Origin: Clostridia bacterium
Lineage (GTDB): Bacteria; Bacillota; Clostridia; Oscillospirales; Acutalibacteraceae
Reading direction: 5' to 3'
Assembly (NCBI GenBank): GCA_017396895.1
Contig: JAFQKN010000102.1
Coordinates: forward strand, 3,472-67,471
Length of the DNA stretch: 64,000 bases
The notes below the pieces were generated by a model. The model worked only from the letters and a program-made list of their open reading frames with translations. It was not told where the DNA came from and searched no databases. Below, in pieces: positions 44,090-53,994 of this stretch (its first letter is position 1; each line of letters opens with the position of its first letter). The position numbers and the translations under genes were made by a program.

Positions 44090-46345
44090 TTATTTGAACA
44101 AAAGCAGGATTCTGCTGATGATTGCAAGGAAGATCGCTTTGATTTTTACAAAGAAGTCATCTTCGTTTTCAAGATGCAGTTTGTTGTCAAAGTCGTTGAC
44201 ATCTTCACTGTCTGCGGTGAATCTGAAATCGTCAATGCTGATATCCGCGCCGACAGCTCCGAGATCGGTAAATGTGAATGTTGCATTGCGGATATTGCCG
44301 AGAACATTGCGGCTGTAGGTGTATGCGGCCTTGTTGCCGAACGGGAACAGACGATTCAAGTCCAATGTGACCGTATGCCATTCACCGTCTGCGGGAACGA
44401 GAATTTGATCCGTGTTTTCACCTGCAACGGCGGCGGTGTACCATATACTGTCATTTGCCTGCAATTTCAGGCCGCTGAATGCAACGTCTTTATCCGATTC
44501 TACGCGAACAGAGAAAGACAGTGTTCCGTAGTCGCTCCAATCGGTGTCAATATCATGGAAATAAGCAGTACTGCCATTTTCATCGTAAGTGAAATTCGGG
44601 CTGATTGAGAAAGTGTCGCTGTTGCCGTTCGCACAAAGCAGAATGCCTTTTTCACCGCTGTATGCACTCTTGTTCACGAAGCGGATGCTTGCACTTTCAG
44701 CGTTCCATGTGGGATAAAAACCGCTGTATTCATTGCTGTGTGCGTGCCAGAACTGTTCGTATTCACAGCTTGTCCATGCATCGTTCTGCCAGGTGTGCAT
44801 ACGTCTGTCTCCGACGGCAAAGGGGGAGACTGCCAGTTGTTTTTCACCGTTCACGCTTGCAAACAGATTGGCATAGCCGTTGTATTGGCTGAATGCATAG
44901 GTTGCGCCGATCGGCAGGGTAATACTTTCGTTATAAATACGAATCGTATCGTTGTCAATGCGTTCGGCTTTTGCAGGCAGATAAATGCCGTCGATTCCGC
45001 ATACGGCAAATCCGTAAGCCGTGTTTCCGTCAAACATCAAGCCGTCTCCGACGTTGTTGAAGTTTACGTAAATGCTTGCATTACGGCGTTCAACAGAGGC
45101 AACCGTAGCGGTTGTGTAAGTATCATAGCGGTCATATACCAATCCCAATGCGGCAAACGTCATTTTTTCACCGACTTGCTGTTTGCAGATGGGATGAATA
45201 GCGTGGGTTTCGGGGATGTATGTAAGGGGGACGTCATAAACGGAAGTCAGTGCACGACTGTCAGGTTGCGCTTGTTGTATGGAGGCAAATTCCGCATTTT
45301 TGGTTTGCAGAGCGTTGAGATCCCCGTAAGAGTATGTTGCCAACTGTGTGAACACAATGGGAAGAAGTCCGTTTTTATAAGAAAAATGTTCGGTGTAAGA
45401 TTTTTGCAAGGCATCAAATGCACGGCTGTATTGACCGTCCGGCCAGAACAGGTCGGTTTCCCCCTGATACCAGAGCATACCCGACAAACGGAAGTTTTTC
45501 AACTGTGCAATCTTATTGTTATAGTTGCAGGTCATATCAATCCCGAAATTGATGCTGTTTTCTTTCCAGTTTCTCAATGAAATATAGCGATCATTGTCTT
45601 TGCAATCCTGCAGAACAAGCGGATCATTTTCGATGGTTTCTCTCGAAAGCCATGTGTAAATAGATGTACCGCCTAAGTTTGCATTCAGAATGCCGACGGG
45701 CATATCCAATTCTTCAATGAGTTTTTCGGCAAAATAATAACCGACCGCGCTCATGCCGTACACCTGCTCATCCGTACCTTTGTACCAAATGGCGGGTGTT
45801 TCATAGTCTTCCATCGGCAATGCGGGAACAAGGTTGACATCTCCTTTGTAAGCTCCCTGTGCGGGTACGGCAAGAAAACGCAGGGCATCGCTGCCGCGTT
45901 CGTCGTTTGCCTGCATCGCAATGCCTGTTTCGGATTGTCCCAAAGGCATCTGCATATTGGATTGACCGCCTGCCAACCACAATTCGCCGAACACAACATT
46001 GCTGAGTGTCTTGAAAGGTTTGCCGTTGACGGATAAATGAATGCTGTATTCTTCATAGGAGCCTGCAGGGGCCGTGAAAACAACGGCAAAAGAACCGTCT
46101 GCCGCAACGGGTGTACTTGCTTGACATACCGTGTCGGAAATACTGTTTGTGAGTACGGCCGTCACCGTGGCACCGGGAGTACCTTTGCCCGCCAAAACAA
46201 CATCATCCAGTTGTTTAAACAGCATATTGTCGCCGTAATAGCTGAACAATTGGGCAGTTGCATTGTCAGCAAATGCAGTAAAACAGCACGCTGCCAGCAC
46301 GGTAACACAAAGAAGAACAGCAAATAGTTTTTTCATTATTTTCAA
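44090..46345 (-). CDS. secreted sialate O-acetylesterase-like (SGNH/DUF303) carbohydrate esterase with C-terminal accessory domains and an amphipathic tail
   Basis: Signal peptide (LFAVLLCVTVLAACCFTAFA), GELWLAGGQSNMQMPLGQSE, GMLWYQGETD. It ends DDFFVKIKAIFLAIISRILLLFK. Confidence 0.8.
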   Translation of the reverse strand: MKIMKKLFAVLLCVTVLAACCFTAFADNATAQLFSYYGDNMLFKQLDDVVLAGKGTPGATVTAVLTNSISDTVCQASTPVAADGSFAVVFTAPAGSYEEYSIHLSVNGKPFKTLSNVVFGELWLAGGQSNMQMPLGQSETGIAMQANDERGSDALRFLAVPAQGAYKGDVNLVPALPMEDYETPAIWYKGTDEQVYGMSAVGYYFAEKLIEELDMPVGILNANLGGTSIYTWLSRETIENDPLVLQDCKDNDRYISLRNWKENSINFGIDMTCNYNNKIAQLKNFRLSGMLWYQGETDLFWPDGQYSRAFDALQKSYTEHFSYKNGLLPIVFTQLATYSYGDLNALQTKNAEFASIQQAQPDSRALTSVYDVPLTYIPETHAIHPICKQQVGEKMTFAALGLVYDRYDTYTTATVASVERRNASIYVNFNNVGDGLMFDGNTAYGFAVCGIDGIYLPAKAERIDNDTIRIYNESITLPIGATYAFSQYNGYANLFASVNGEKQLAVSPFAVGDRRMHTWQNDAWTSCEYEQFWHAHSNEYSGFYPTWNAESASIRFVNKSAYSGEKGILLCANGNSDTFSISPNFTYDENGSTAYFHDIDTDWSDYGTLSFSVRVESDKDVAFSGLKLQANDSIWYTAAVAGENTDQILVPADGEWHTVTLDLNRLFPFGNKAAYTYSRNVLGNIRNATFTFTDLGAVGADISIDDFRFTADSEDVNDFDNKLHLENEDDFFVKIKAIFLAIISRILLLFK

Positions 46346-46429
46346 CCTCCGAAAAGTAATATTTTTATTTTAGCAAAGTGTATAAAAAAAGTAAATAGAT
46401 TTTTATTTTTTTATTCGAATAAACTATGC

Positions 46430-46458
46430 TTGCATTCTTAGGGTAAAAGAATTATAAT
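46430..46458 (+). promoter_or_regulatory. sigma-A-type promoter for the GH30 gene
   Basis: TTGCAT (46430-46435), a 17-nt spacer, then TATAAT (46453-46458). Confidence 0.6.
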
Positions 46459-46485
46459 GTAAAAAACGTGCAACGAGGTGGTTTT

Positions 46486-48099
46486 ATGAAAAATATATTT
46501 GTCAAAAGCGTTTCCCGAATAATCACGGCATTTTTATCATTTGCAATTGCTTTTTTGGGAGTGTTCGGCGTGCATATCAACAGAGAATGGCCTGTTAGTG
46601 AAGCAGTAAACAACAATATCGGCACAAACGAAACGGTTCTGGATGAAAAGGCAACCTATCAGACCATGACAGGATTCGGTGCCTCCGCCTGCTGGTGGGG
46701 AAAAGACGTCGGCGGTTGGGACAATGCCGAAGACGTGATCGCTCTGCTTTATGACAGTGAAAAAGGAATCGGCTTGAATATATACCGTTATAATCTCGGT
46801 GCAGGTTCACAGGGCGACGAATATATGTATGTGGAGTATAACCGTACCGAAACGTTTTTGAAAGAAGACGGTACGCTTGATTTTACGGCAGATGCCGCCG
46901 CACAGAACGCTCTTGCGATCGCAAAAAAAATTGCAGGGGATGATCTGCGTGTTTGTCTGTTTGCCAACAGCCCTCCTGTCAGTCTGACCAAAAACGGCAA
47001 GGCTTATTCCGCACCCGTTGCGGATGACAGTGCACCTTATGAAAGCAATATTTCGGCCGAAAACTATGAAACGTATGCCGATTTCCTGTATGCTTGTGCT
47101 GAATACTTCTTAAATAACGGTTATCGCGTAGTGGATGTGTCCGCCATGAATGAACCGCAGTATGCCTGGCGCGCATGGTACAATGCCGACGGTTCTTTTT
47201 CCTGTAATCAGGAAGGCTGTCACTATGAGCCGCAAGAGGCTTTGGAACTGCTGAAAGTGCTGGTCGAAAAATTCGACGGCAGTGCTGTAGATAAGCAAGG
47301 ATGTAAAGTGTCCATGTTCGAGTCGGGTGAGATTCAGGGACCTTGGACAGTGCCTGCATCCTATATTGATCTGTTGCTTGGTGTGAATGAAGATGATTAT
47401 TTTTATAACCGTTCTTTGAGAAAATACTTTGACACCATAACCACCCATGCTTATTGGTCTTCCACCGAAACCAAACAGGCGGCCGCCGATTATTTGAATG
47501 ACAGGTACCCAAATTACAATATTGCCTGTACCGAATACTGCCAGATGCTCAACGATTGGAACACGGGAGTACACGATTATTTTGAGCAGAACGGTGCCAC
47601 AAACGGTCTCGGTATCGACTTCGGTATTGCCATGGCCAATATTATCATGGATGATCTGACGATTCTCAATGCAATTGAATGGAATTGGTGGACAGGTTGC
47701 TCCTACGGCGTATACACCGATGGGCTTGTCTATCTTGACAGAAATGACCGTGCCGATCTTACCACTTCAAAACGTCTGTGGTGTCTGGGTAATTTTTCAA
47801 AATTCATTGAAGAAGGAGCCGTCAGAATGGCTTGTTCTTCGGGTGTGGAAAATTTGCGCTGTGCGGCATTCCGCAACCCGGACGGCACTACAGCCATCGT
47901 GTATCTGAATGATACGAATGTTGCGCTGACAACGCAGTTGCCCGCGCTTGCCGAAAACGGTTATTCCGTTTATGTCACGGATGAAACACACGATCTTGAA
48001 AAAGTGCAGAATCTTTCGGCAACTTTGGAAGTTCCGCCCATGTCTGTCGTCACGGTCGTATTTGAAGCGGCTGAAGCAAAAGACAGCGGTATTTGTTGA
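46486..48099 (+). CDS. secreted glycoside hydrolase family 30 (O-glycosyl hydrolase; specificity unknown)
   Basis: TYQTMTGFGASACWWG, IYRYNLG, VSAMNEPQY (candidate acid/base), ITTHAYW, ACTEYC (candidate nucleophile), WNWWTG. GAGGTGG lies upstream of ATG 46486. Confidence 0.8.
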   Translation: MKNIFVKSVSRIITAFLSFAIAFLGVFGVHINREWPVSEAVNNNIGTNETVLDEKATYQTMTGFGASACWWGKDVGGWDNAEDVIALLYDSEKGIGLNIYRYNLGAGSQGDEYMYVEYNRTETFLKEDGTLDFTADAAAQNALAIAKKIAGDDLRVCLFANSPPVSLTKNGKAYSAPVADDSAPYESNISAENYETYADFLYACAEYFLNNGYRVVDVSAMNEPQYAWRAWYNADGSFSCNQEGCHYEPQEALELLKVLVEKFDGSAVDKQGCKVSMFESGEIQGPWTVPASYIDLLLGVNEDDYFYNRSLRKYFDTITTHAYWSSTETKQAAADYLNDRYPNYNIACTEYCQMLNDWNTGVHDYFEQNGATNGLGIDFGIAMANIIMDDLTILNAIEWNWWTGCSYGVYTDGLVYLDRNDRADLTTSKRLWCLGNFSKFIEEGAVRMACSSGVENLRCAAFRNPDGTTAIVYLNDTNVALTTQLPALAENGYSVYVTDETHDLEKVQNLSATLEVPPMSVVTVVFEAAEAKDSGIC

Positions 48100-48124
48100 C
48101 GGAAATCGGGGGGAGAGAGAAGAT

Positions 48125-49033
48125 ATGCGTAGTTTTATGTCGGCATTTGCAAGCGGCGTGTTGCGTATCACTTTGCATAAGCAGATGCTCAATAATAACT
48201 GTTTGTTCGACAAATATATGCAATACTGTGCCGCGGTGAGTGCAAAACCGTATAAGATTGCACCCATATTCCCGATGAAATCGCAAACAAAATACTACCG
48301 TTTTGAAGATACGGATATCGTTACTTTACAAGCAAAGCATCATAAGCCGAAAACGCTGATCTTATATCTGCACGGCGGTGCTTATCTTGAACAGCCCGTG
48401 CCGTTTCAATGGTCTTTTATAGATCATCTTGTACATGATACGGACACTTTGGTCGTGGCTCCGATCTACAATAAAACACCTCGCCACAACTACAAAGAAG
48501 CGCATATCATGCTCACGGCACTTTATAAGAAAATGCTTGCGCATACGTCTGCTGAAAACATTATCTTTTTCGGCGACTCATCGGGCGGCGGTCTGGCGTT
48601 GGCATTTGCAAAATCATTGTTACAGACCGATCTGCCGCAGCCCAAACAAATATTGCTGTTTTCACCGTGGTTGGATATTTCCATGGAAAACGACGATATG
48701 GACTTGTATGACAGAGTCGATCCGTCGCTTGGCAGAAAGTGGTTGCGTCAGATCGCTCTTGCTTGGGCAAACAAGACGGATTTGCATGATCCGCTTTTAA
48801 GTCCTTTATTCGGCAGCAACGTCGGATTGGCAAAAACGGCACTGTTTGTCGGAGACCGTGAAATATTGTTGCCGGATGCAAGATTGTATCGTGAAAAAGC
48901 TCTTGCTGACGGAGTAGACTTTACTTACGTTGAGCAATCAGGCGTGAATCACTGCTATCCGTTTTATCCGACGCCTGAAGCAAAACAGGCAAAAAAATAC
49001 GTCAATAATTTTATCAATACAGGAAGGATTTAA
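48125..49033 (+). CDS. alpha/beta-hydrolase esterase (HSL/family IV-like)
   Basis: LILYLHGGAY (oxyanion HGG), FFGDSSGGGLALA (GxSxG), GVNHCYPF. An RBS (GGGGGAGAGAGAAG) precedes ATG 48125. The ORF-track start at 47948 would overlap the GH30 gene by 150 nt. Confidence 0.8.
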   Translation: MRSFMSAFASGVLRITLHKQMLNNNCLFDKYMQYCAAVSAKPYKIAPIFPMKSQTKYYRFEDTDIVTLQAKHHKPKTLILYLHGGAYLEQPVPFQWSFIDHLVHDTDTLVVAPIYNKTPRHNYKEAHIMLTALYKKMLAHTSAENIIFFGDSSGGGLALAFAKSLLQTDLPQPKQILLFSPWLDISMENDDMDLYDRVDPSLGRKWLRQIALAWANKTDLHDPLLSPLFGSNVGLAKTALFVGDREILLPDARLYREKALADGVDFTYVEQSGVNHCYPFYPTPEAKQAKKYVNNFINTGRI

Positions 49034-49036
49034 GAT

Positions 49037-51991
49037 ATGTCTTTGCAATATCACCGTCAGTTGGAATCGATCCATGTGAACACCATGGAACCCCGTGCCT
49101 ATTTTATTCCTTTTGCAATGCCCGAATGTAAGGGCAAAGCAAGAGAAGAATCCGATCGTTTTCAACTTTTGAACGGAGAATGGGATTTCCGTTTTATTCC
49201 CGACGTGGAAAGAGTAGGCATTGCAAAAGAAGGCTTCGCAGACAAGATCGCCTGCGAAGAAACGGTCACCGTACCGAAGTGCTGGCAGATGTATACCGAC
49301 CGTAATTACGATGCGCCGCAGTATATCAATCAGGACTATCCGTTCCCCGTGGATCCGCCGCATCTGCCGGATGCGATTCCCGGAGGATTTTACCGTCACA
49401 CGTTTACTGCAAAGAAAAATACAGATAAACGCTATTGGTTGAATTTTGAGGGCGTTTCACCTTGTTTTTATCTTTGGCTGAATGATCGTTTTGTCGGTTT
49501 CGGCAGTGTCAGCCACAGCACAAATGAATTCGATGTAACGGATTATCTGACAGACGGTGACAACAAGATCGAAGTGCTGGTTGTCAAATACTGTGTCGGA
49601 ACATATCTTGAAGATCAGGACTTTTTCCGTCTTTCCGGTATTTTCAGAGATGTATATATCCTTGAACGTGATGAGGCCTGCATACGGGATATCTTCATCC
49701 GTCCGCAGGTGACGGAAGATTTGCAATCGGCTGTGGTGTCTGTTGATGTTGATATGACGCAACAGGTTGCGTTTGCATGGAGTCTGCGTGATCCCGACGG
49801 CGCACCCACCGATATACACGGATTTGAAAACGGCAGTTTTTCTTTTGAAATAGAAAAACCGATCCTGTGGAATCCCGAACAGCCCAAACAATATGAGCTG
49901 TTTGTAACCTGCGGCACGGAATGCATCTCCTTTATGATCGCCGTACGCAGATTTGAAATTAAAAATAAGACCGTTCTTCTCAACGGTGTAAAAGTGAAAG
50001 CGAAAGGCGTCAACAGACATGACAATCATCCCGAAACGGGATATGCCGTAACGGTTGACGAAATGCTTAGGGATCTGTATCTTCTCAAGCGTGCCAATGT
50101 CAACACCATCCGAACGTCGCATTATCCGAATGATCCCCGTTTTATGGAAATGTGTGAACGTCTCGGTTTTATGATGGTGGATGAAGCAGACCTTGAAACC
50201 CACGGTATGGGATACAATTACGGTGATTGGTACTGGGATTACTGGGCATTCCTTTGCGATGATCCCGCATGGCGAGATATCTGCGTAGATCGTGCAAAAC
50301 GTCTGTTTGAACGTGATAAAAACCGCGGTTGTGTCGTATTATGGTCACTCGGCAATGAATCGGGTTGCGGTGAAAACCACCGTCACATGGCTTCTTACAT
50401 CCGTGCAAGAGATGAGCGTGCGCTGATTCATTATGAAAATGCACATCTTGAATATCAGGCAAGACTCAACAAGGATTTTACCGATATTTCCGATGTGGAG
50501 AGCCGTATGTATGCTTCCATCGAATATCTGGCAAACTATCTTGCCGATCCCGAAAGCAAAAAACCGTTCTTCTACTGTGAATATGTTGATTCCATGAGTA
50601 CGGGCGATGTTTACAAGCATTGGGACGGATTTGAGGACAATGACCTGTATTTCGGTGCTTGCATTTGGGAATTTTCCGATCATGCAGTCAATATCGGTAC
50701 GGTTGACAACCCGAAATACCGTTACGGCGGAGACTGGGGAGAAGAACCGAACGATTTTATCTGCTGTATCGACGGTCTTGTTTATCCCGATCGCAGGCTG
50801 CGGCCCGGTTATTATGATATGAAAAAAGTCTATGAGCCGTTTGCCGTTACGTATGAAAACGGCACAATCTGCATCAAAAACAAGCGTTATTATTCCGTCA
50901 GTGATGATTGCTATGCCGAATGGACAATTAAAACCGACGGCAAAACCGTTCTCAGCGGAAGGCTGGATGATCTTTCCCTGCAACCGCAGGAGCAAAAAAA
51001 GTTTGTGCTGTTTGACGGTGCTGATTTTGACGGTAACACGACGTTGAATCTTTCCTTCCGTCAAAAACAGGATACTGAATGGGCAGATGCGAATTATGAA
51101 GTCGCATTTTTCCAGACGGTTTTATGTGAATGCGCAGAATTTTCTGTATGCAGTGCAAAAGAACACGTGCAGATTGCTGAATTGCCGTATGAATATGTTT
51201 TGTCCGCAGGGGAGACGGTCTATAGAATTGACCGTCTGACGGGTCTTATGACAGCCATCGAAAAGGGCGGTAAACAAATTCTGACGCAAGCCATGGAGAT
51301 TCCGGTTTATACCTGTTGGCGATATAACACAAGAGGCAATGATGAGGTCTGGGGACGTGCACGCTATGACCGATTGCGCAAAAAATGCTACGCGACAAAG
51401 CTTATTAAGAATGAAGACGGTTCTGTAAGTGTGGTTGCAGATCTGTCCTTGGCTGCCGCCGCTATGCCGCCTGCCTTGAAAATGCAGTTGACCTATACCG
51501 TGAGCGCAGACGGTGCCTGCCGTACACAAGCGGATGTGAACGTCACGCACAACGCACCGGCTTTGCCGCAGTTCGGTTTTGAATGGCGTCTGCCCAAAGA
51601 ATATGAAAAAGTTTCTTATTACGGCTACGGACCGCATGAATCCTATGCCGAGCGTTGGCAGAGCACACGCATTGATCTGTATAATACCACGGTGACCGAT
51701 CTTTACGAACCATATATCGCACCGCAGGAATCTTCGGCGCGCTACGGCACAAAATATGCAAGTGTGTCGGCCTGTGAAAACGAACGCATCTTTTTTGCGG
51801 CCATTGAGCCGTCTTTCGGTTTTTCCTTCAAGGCTTTGCATTATACAAACGAAGACTTGCGTAAAACGAAGCATCACGATGAACTGATTGAACGCGATGA
51901 AACGGTGGTATCGACTCTTTATAAGATCGACTATCCCGCAGTACCGTTTGATGATAAACAGTTCCGTTTTGCAGTTGTTATAAAGCCCTAA
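49037..51991 (+). CDS. beta-galactosidase (GH2, LacZ-like)
   Basis: VPKCWQMY, FDVTDYL, GVNRHDNHPE, NTIRTSHYPNDPRFMEMCERLGFMMVDEADLETHG, VLWSLGNESG, FFYCEYVDSM, and a C-terminal small-chain domain. Confidence 0.93.
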   Translation: MSLQYHRQLESIHVNTMEPRAYFIPFAMPECKGKAREESDRFQLLNGEWDFRFIPDVERVGIAKEGFADKIACEETVTVPKCWQMYTDRNYDAPQYINQDYPFPVDPPHLPDAIPGGFYRHTFTAKKNTDKRYWLNFEGVSPCFYLWLNDRFVGFGSVSHSTNEFDVTDYLTDGDNKIEVLVVKYCVGTYLEDQDFFRLSGIFRDVYILERDEACIRDIFIRPQVTEDLQSAVVSVDVDMTQQVAFAWSLRDPDGAPTDIHGFENGSFSFEIEKPILWNPEQPKQYELFVTCGTECISFMIAVRRFEIKNKTVLLNGVKVKAKGVNRHDNHPETGYAVTVDEMLRDLYLLKRANVNTIRTSHYPNDPRFMEMCERLGFMMVDEADLETHGMGYNYGDWYWDYWAFLCDDPAWRDICVDRAKRLFERDKNRGCVVLWSLGNESGCGENHRHMASYIRARDERALIHYENAHLEYQARLNKDFTDISDVESRMYASIEYLANYLADPESKKPFFYCEYVDSMSTGDVYKHWDGFEDNDLYFGACIWEFSDHAVNIGTVDNPKYRYGGDWGEEPNDFICCIDGLVYPDRRLRPGYYDMKKVYEPFAVTYENGTICIKNKRYYSVSDDCYAEWTIKTDGKTVLSGRLDDLSLQPQEQKKFVLFDGADFDGNTTLNLSFRQKQDTEWADANYEVAFFQTVLCECAEFSVCSAKEHVQIAELPYEYVLSAGETVYRIDRLTGLMTAIEKGGKQILTQAMEIPVYTCWRYNTRGNDEVWGRARYDRLRKKCYATKLIKNEDGSVSVVADLSLAAAAMPPALKMQLTYTVSADGACRTQADVNVTHNAPALPQFGFEWRLPKEYEKVSYYGYGPHESYAERWQSTRIDLYNTTVTDLYEPYIAPQESSARYGTKYASVSACENERIFFAAIEPSFGFSFKALHYTNEDLRKTKHHDELIERDETVVSTLYKIDYPAVPFDDKQFRFAVVIKP

Positions 51992-51997
51992 AAATAC

Positions 51998-52032
51998 AGC
52001 CCGATGATCAAATTCGATCATCGGGCTTTGTT
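51998..52032. terminator. bidirectional terminator
   Basis: AGCCCGATGATC (51998-52009) pairs perfectly with GATCATCGGGCT (52016-52027), followed by TTGTTGTT and preceded by AAAATAC. Confidence 0.8.
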
Positions 52033-52052
52033 GTTACTGTTGTTATATTTAA

Positions 52053-53741
52053 TTAAAGAATTTCAGTGAGTTTGAGGAAGTCGATCTTTTCCATGCGTGT
52101 TCTCGGGAGTGCGTCGATAACTTGAATGTCACGCGGTACGGAGAAACCGTTGAGGTTGTCTGCACAGCATTTTGTGATGATTTCTTTGTATTCCTCCAGT
52201 TTTGCAGGATCGGCATCTTCTGCAAGAACGATATACAGGCGCACAATGGGCTTCTTTTCGGCATCATAGCCCTGCACGGCACAACTTTCTTTCAAAAACG
52301 GCAGTGTTTCAAGTAAGTCTTCAATATCTGCAGGGAATACATTGTAACCCGAGATGATGATAAGACGTTTCTTTCTTGCAACGAAGGTGATGAAATTATC
52401 TTCATCCATCTTGCCGAGGTCACCGGTAAGCACCCAGTTTGTACCGTCTTCATCCGTGTAAAGGCCCTCGCCGAGTCTGCCGTCCGGCATCAGGTACCCT
52501 TTCATCAAGCAATTGCCGCTGAATGCGATCTCACCGACCGTGCCGCGAGGTACTTCTTTTTTGTCATCATCCAGAATTTTGACGGTGTTGGTCTTTAAGG
52601 GCATACCGACCGTGCCCGGTTTGGTTGCCCAAGGCATATTGATACAATCAACCGCACCGCATTCGGTAAGGCCGTAACCCGGCATCAATGTGGCAGTGGA
52701 GCCGTTGGCTGCCATGATGGAATTGAATCGGTTGAGAAAATCGATCGGTACGTAGTCACCGCCGGCAAACGCATATTTGACGTATTGCAGATGTTCACCC
52801 GAAAACTGCGGATGGTCAAGCAGTTTTCGATACATATTCGGAACACCGATGATCTCATAAACATGGTTTTTGTGCATGATATCAATGAATTCATCCGCAT
52901 CGAACCGAAGCATCGGAATGGCTCTGCAACCGGCATAAAGGCAACAGAATAATCCGCCGCAAAGGCCGTATGCGTGGAAGAAAGGAAGTGCCAACACTTT
53001 GCAATTCAGCCCTGCCGGATCATCACAGGGAATGATGGGTGCAAGTGCATTGTTGGTAACTGCATTGAGAACGGTGGAGGACAGCATGATCGTGCGGCTG
53101 ACACCTGTTGTTCCGCCGCCGTTCATGTAAACAGCAGTCAAATCACCGCTTCTGTACAATCCTTCCACGGTTTTTCCTTTGTTGCGCTTGAGAATGTCAC
53201 CGTAGAATTCAAATTCATATTTTCCTGAAGCGGCTTTCACGGCATTTTCATCCGGTGTGATCATTTCTTTCATGGCGACGGGAGCCGCATAGATTTTAGG
53301 AGAGGTGAGAATAACTTTGACGTTCATTTCTTTGAGCGTATCCGCATGAAGCGGTGAGGCGACATCCAGCAACAGCACACCTTTTGATTTTGTGTATTCA
53401 ACGGAGGTGCGCATGGCATCCGAGGGGAACAATGGGTGAATGAGATTGGCAATGCAACCGATTTTATTGAGTGCAAACAGCACGACAACTTCTTCGATTG
53501 TGTTGGGGGTGAATACGGAAAATGCATCACCGACCTGCATTCCGAGTTCTTCTTTAAAATAGTAAGCCATGGCGTCCACATCGGCAAAGAATTCGGAACG
53601 CATATGATCGGTTCCCTTAAACTGGAACATCGGGTAGTCTTCTTTGATGTGGTGCAGGCAGGCCAGTAAGTATTCATAACAGTTCATGTCATAATAGTGC
53701 GGCACAATGTCCTGCATGGTGAAGATCGGTTTTTTGTTCAT
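52053..53741 (-). CDS. AMP-dependent synthetase/ligase (acyl-CoA ligase family; substrate unknown)
   Basis: YMNGGGTTGVSRTIMLS (AMP-binding P-loop-like), GYGLTECG, TGDLGKMDEDNFITFVARKKRLIIISGYNVFPADIE. GGAGG lies 6 nt upstream of ATG 53741. Confidence 0.85.
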   Translation of the reverse strand: MNKKPIFTMQDIVPHYYDMNCYEYLLACLHHIKEDYPMFQFKGTDHMRSEFFADVDAMAYYFKEELGMQVGDAFSVFTPNTIEEVVVLFALNKIGCIANLIHPLFPSDAMRTSVEYTKSKGVLLLDVASPLHADTLKEMNVKVILTSPKIYAAPVAMKEMITPDENAVKAASGKYEFEFYGDILKRNKGKTVEGLYRSGDLTAVYMNGGGTTGVSRTIMLSSTVLNAVTNNALAPIIPCDDPAGLNCKVLALPFFHAYGLCGGLFCCLYAGCRAIPMLRFDADEFIDIMHKNHVYEIIGVPNMYRKLLDHPQFSGEHLQYVKYAFAGGDYVPIDFLNRFNSIMAANGSTATLMPGYGLTECGAVDCINMPWATKPGTVGMPLKTNTVKILDDDKKEVPRGTVGEIAFSGNCLMKGYLMPDGRLGEGLYTDEDGTNWVLTGDLGKMDEDNFITFVARKKRLIIISGYNVFPADIEDLLETLPFLKESCAVQGYDAEKKPIVRLYIVLAEDADPAKLEEYKEIITKCCADNLNGFSVPRDIQVIDALPRTRMEKIDFLKLTEIL

Positions 53742-53793
53742 GCTATACCTCCGTATTTTCATAGTATCTTAAGTATTACTTGGTGTTGTAATA

Positions 53794-53808
53794 GTGACAT
53801 GATGTCAC
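53794..53808. promoter_or_regulatory. perfect palindrome GTGACAT-G-ATGTCAC in the leader of the acyl-CoA ligase gene (candidate operator)
   Basis: The 7-bp arms at 53794-53800 and 53802-53808 lie just downstream of the predicted transcription start of the 53821-53849 promoter. Confidence 0.5.
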
Positions 53809-53820
53809 AAATTATAAAAT

Positions 53821-53849
53821 ATTATACACTTACAATGGTGATTTGTCAA
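53821..53849 (-). promoter_or_regulatory. sigma-A-type promoter of the acyl-CoA ligase gene
   Basis: On the minus strand: TTGACA (53849-53844), a 17-nt spacer, then TATAAT (53826-53821). Confidence 0.65.
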
Positions 53850-53943
53850 GAATCATTTGTGTTTTATTTTACACAGAAATAAACAGCATGTTATTGCAAA
53901 AGCATGAATGATGATTTTATGGCAAATTGTAAATCTCTGTTTG

Positions 53944-53972
53944 TTGACAGATGAAATTATTTTTGTTAATAT
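53944..53972 (+). promoter_or_regulatory. sigma-A-type promoter of the secreted esterase gene
   Basis: TTGACA (53944-53949), a 17-nt spacer, then TAATAT (53967-53972). Confidence 0.6.
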
Positions 53973-53994
53973 ATGAAACGGAGGTATGATTACA

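Noticed and set aside
47948-48124. The N-terminal extension of the esterase ORF, which overlaps the 3' end of the GH30 gene by about 150 nt.
   Set aside because: The extension has no RBS and encodes basic low-complexity sequence. A strong purine-rich RBS precedes ATG 48125, just after the GH30 stop.
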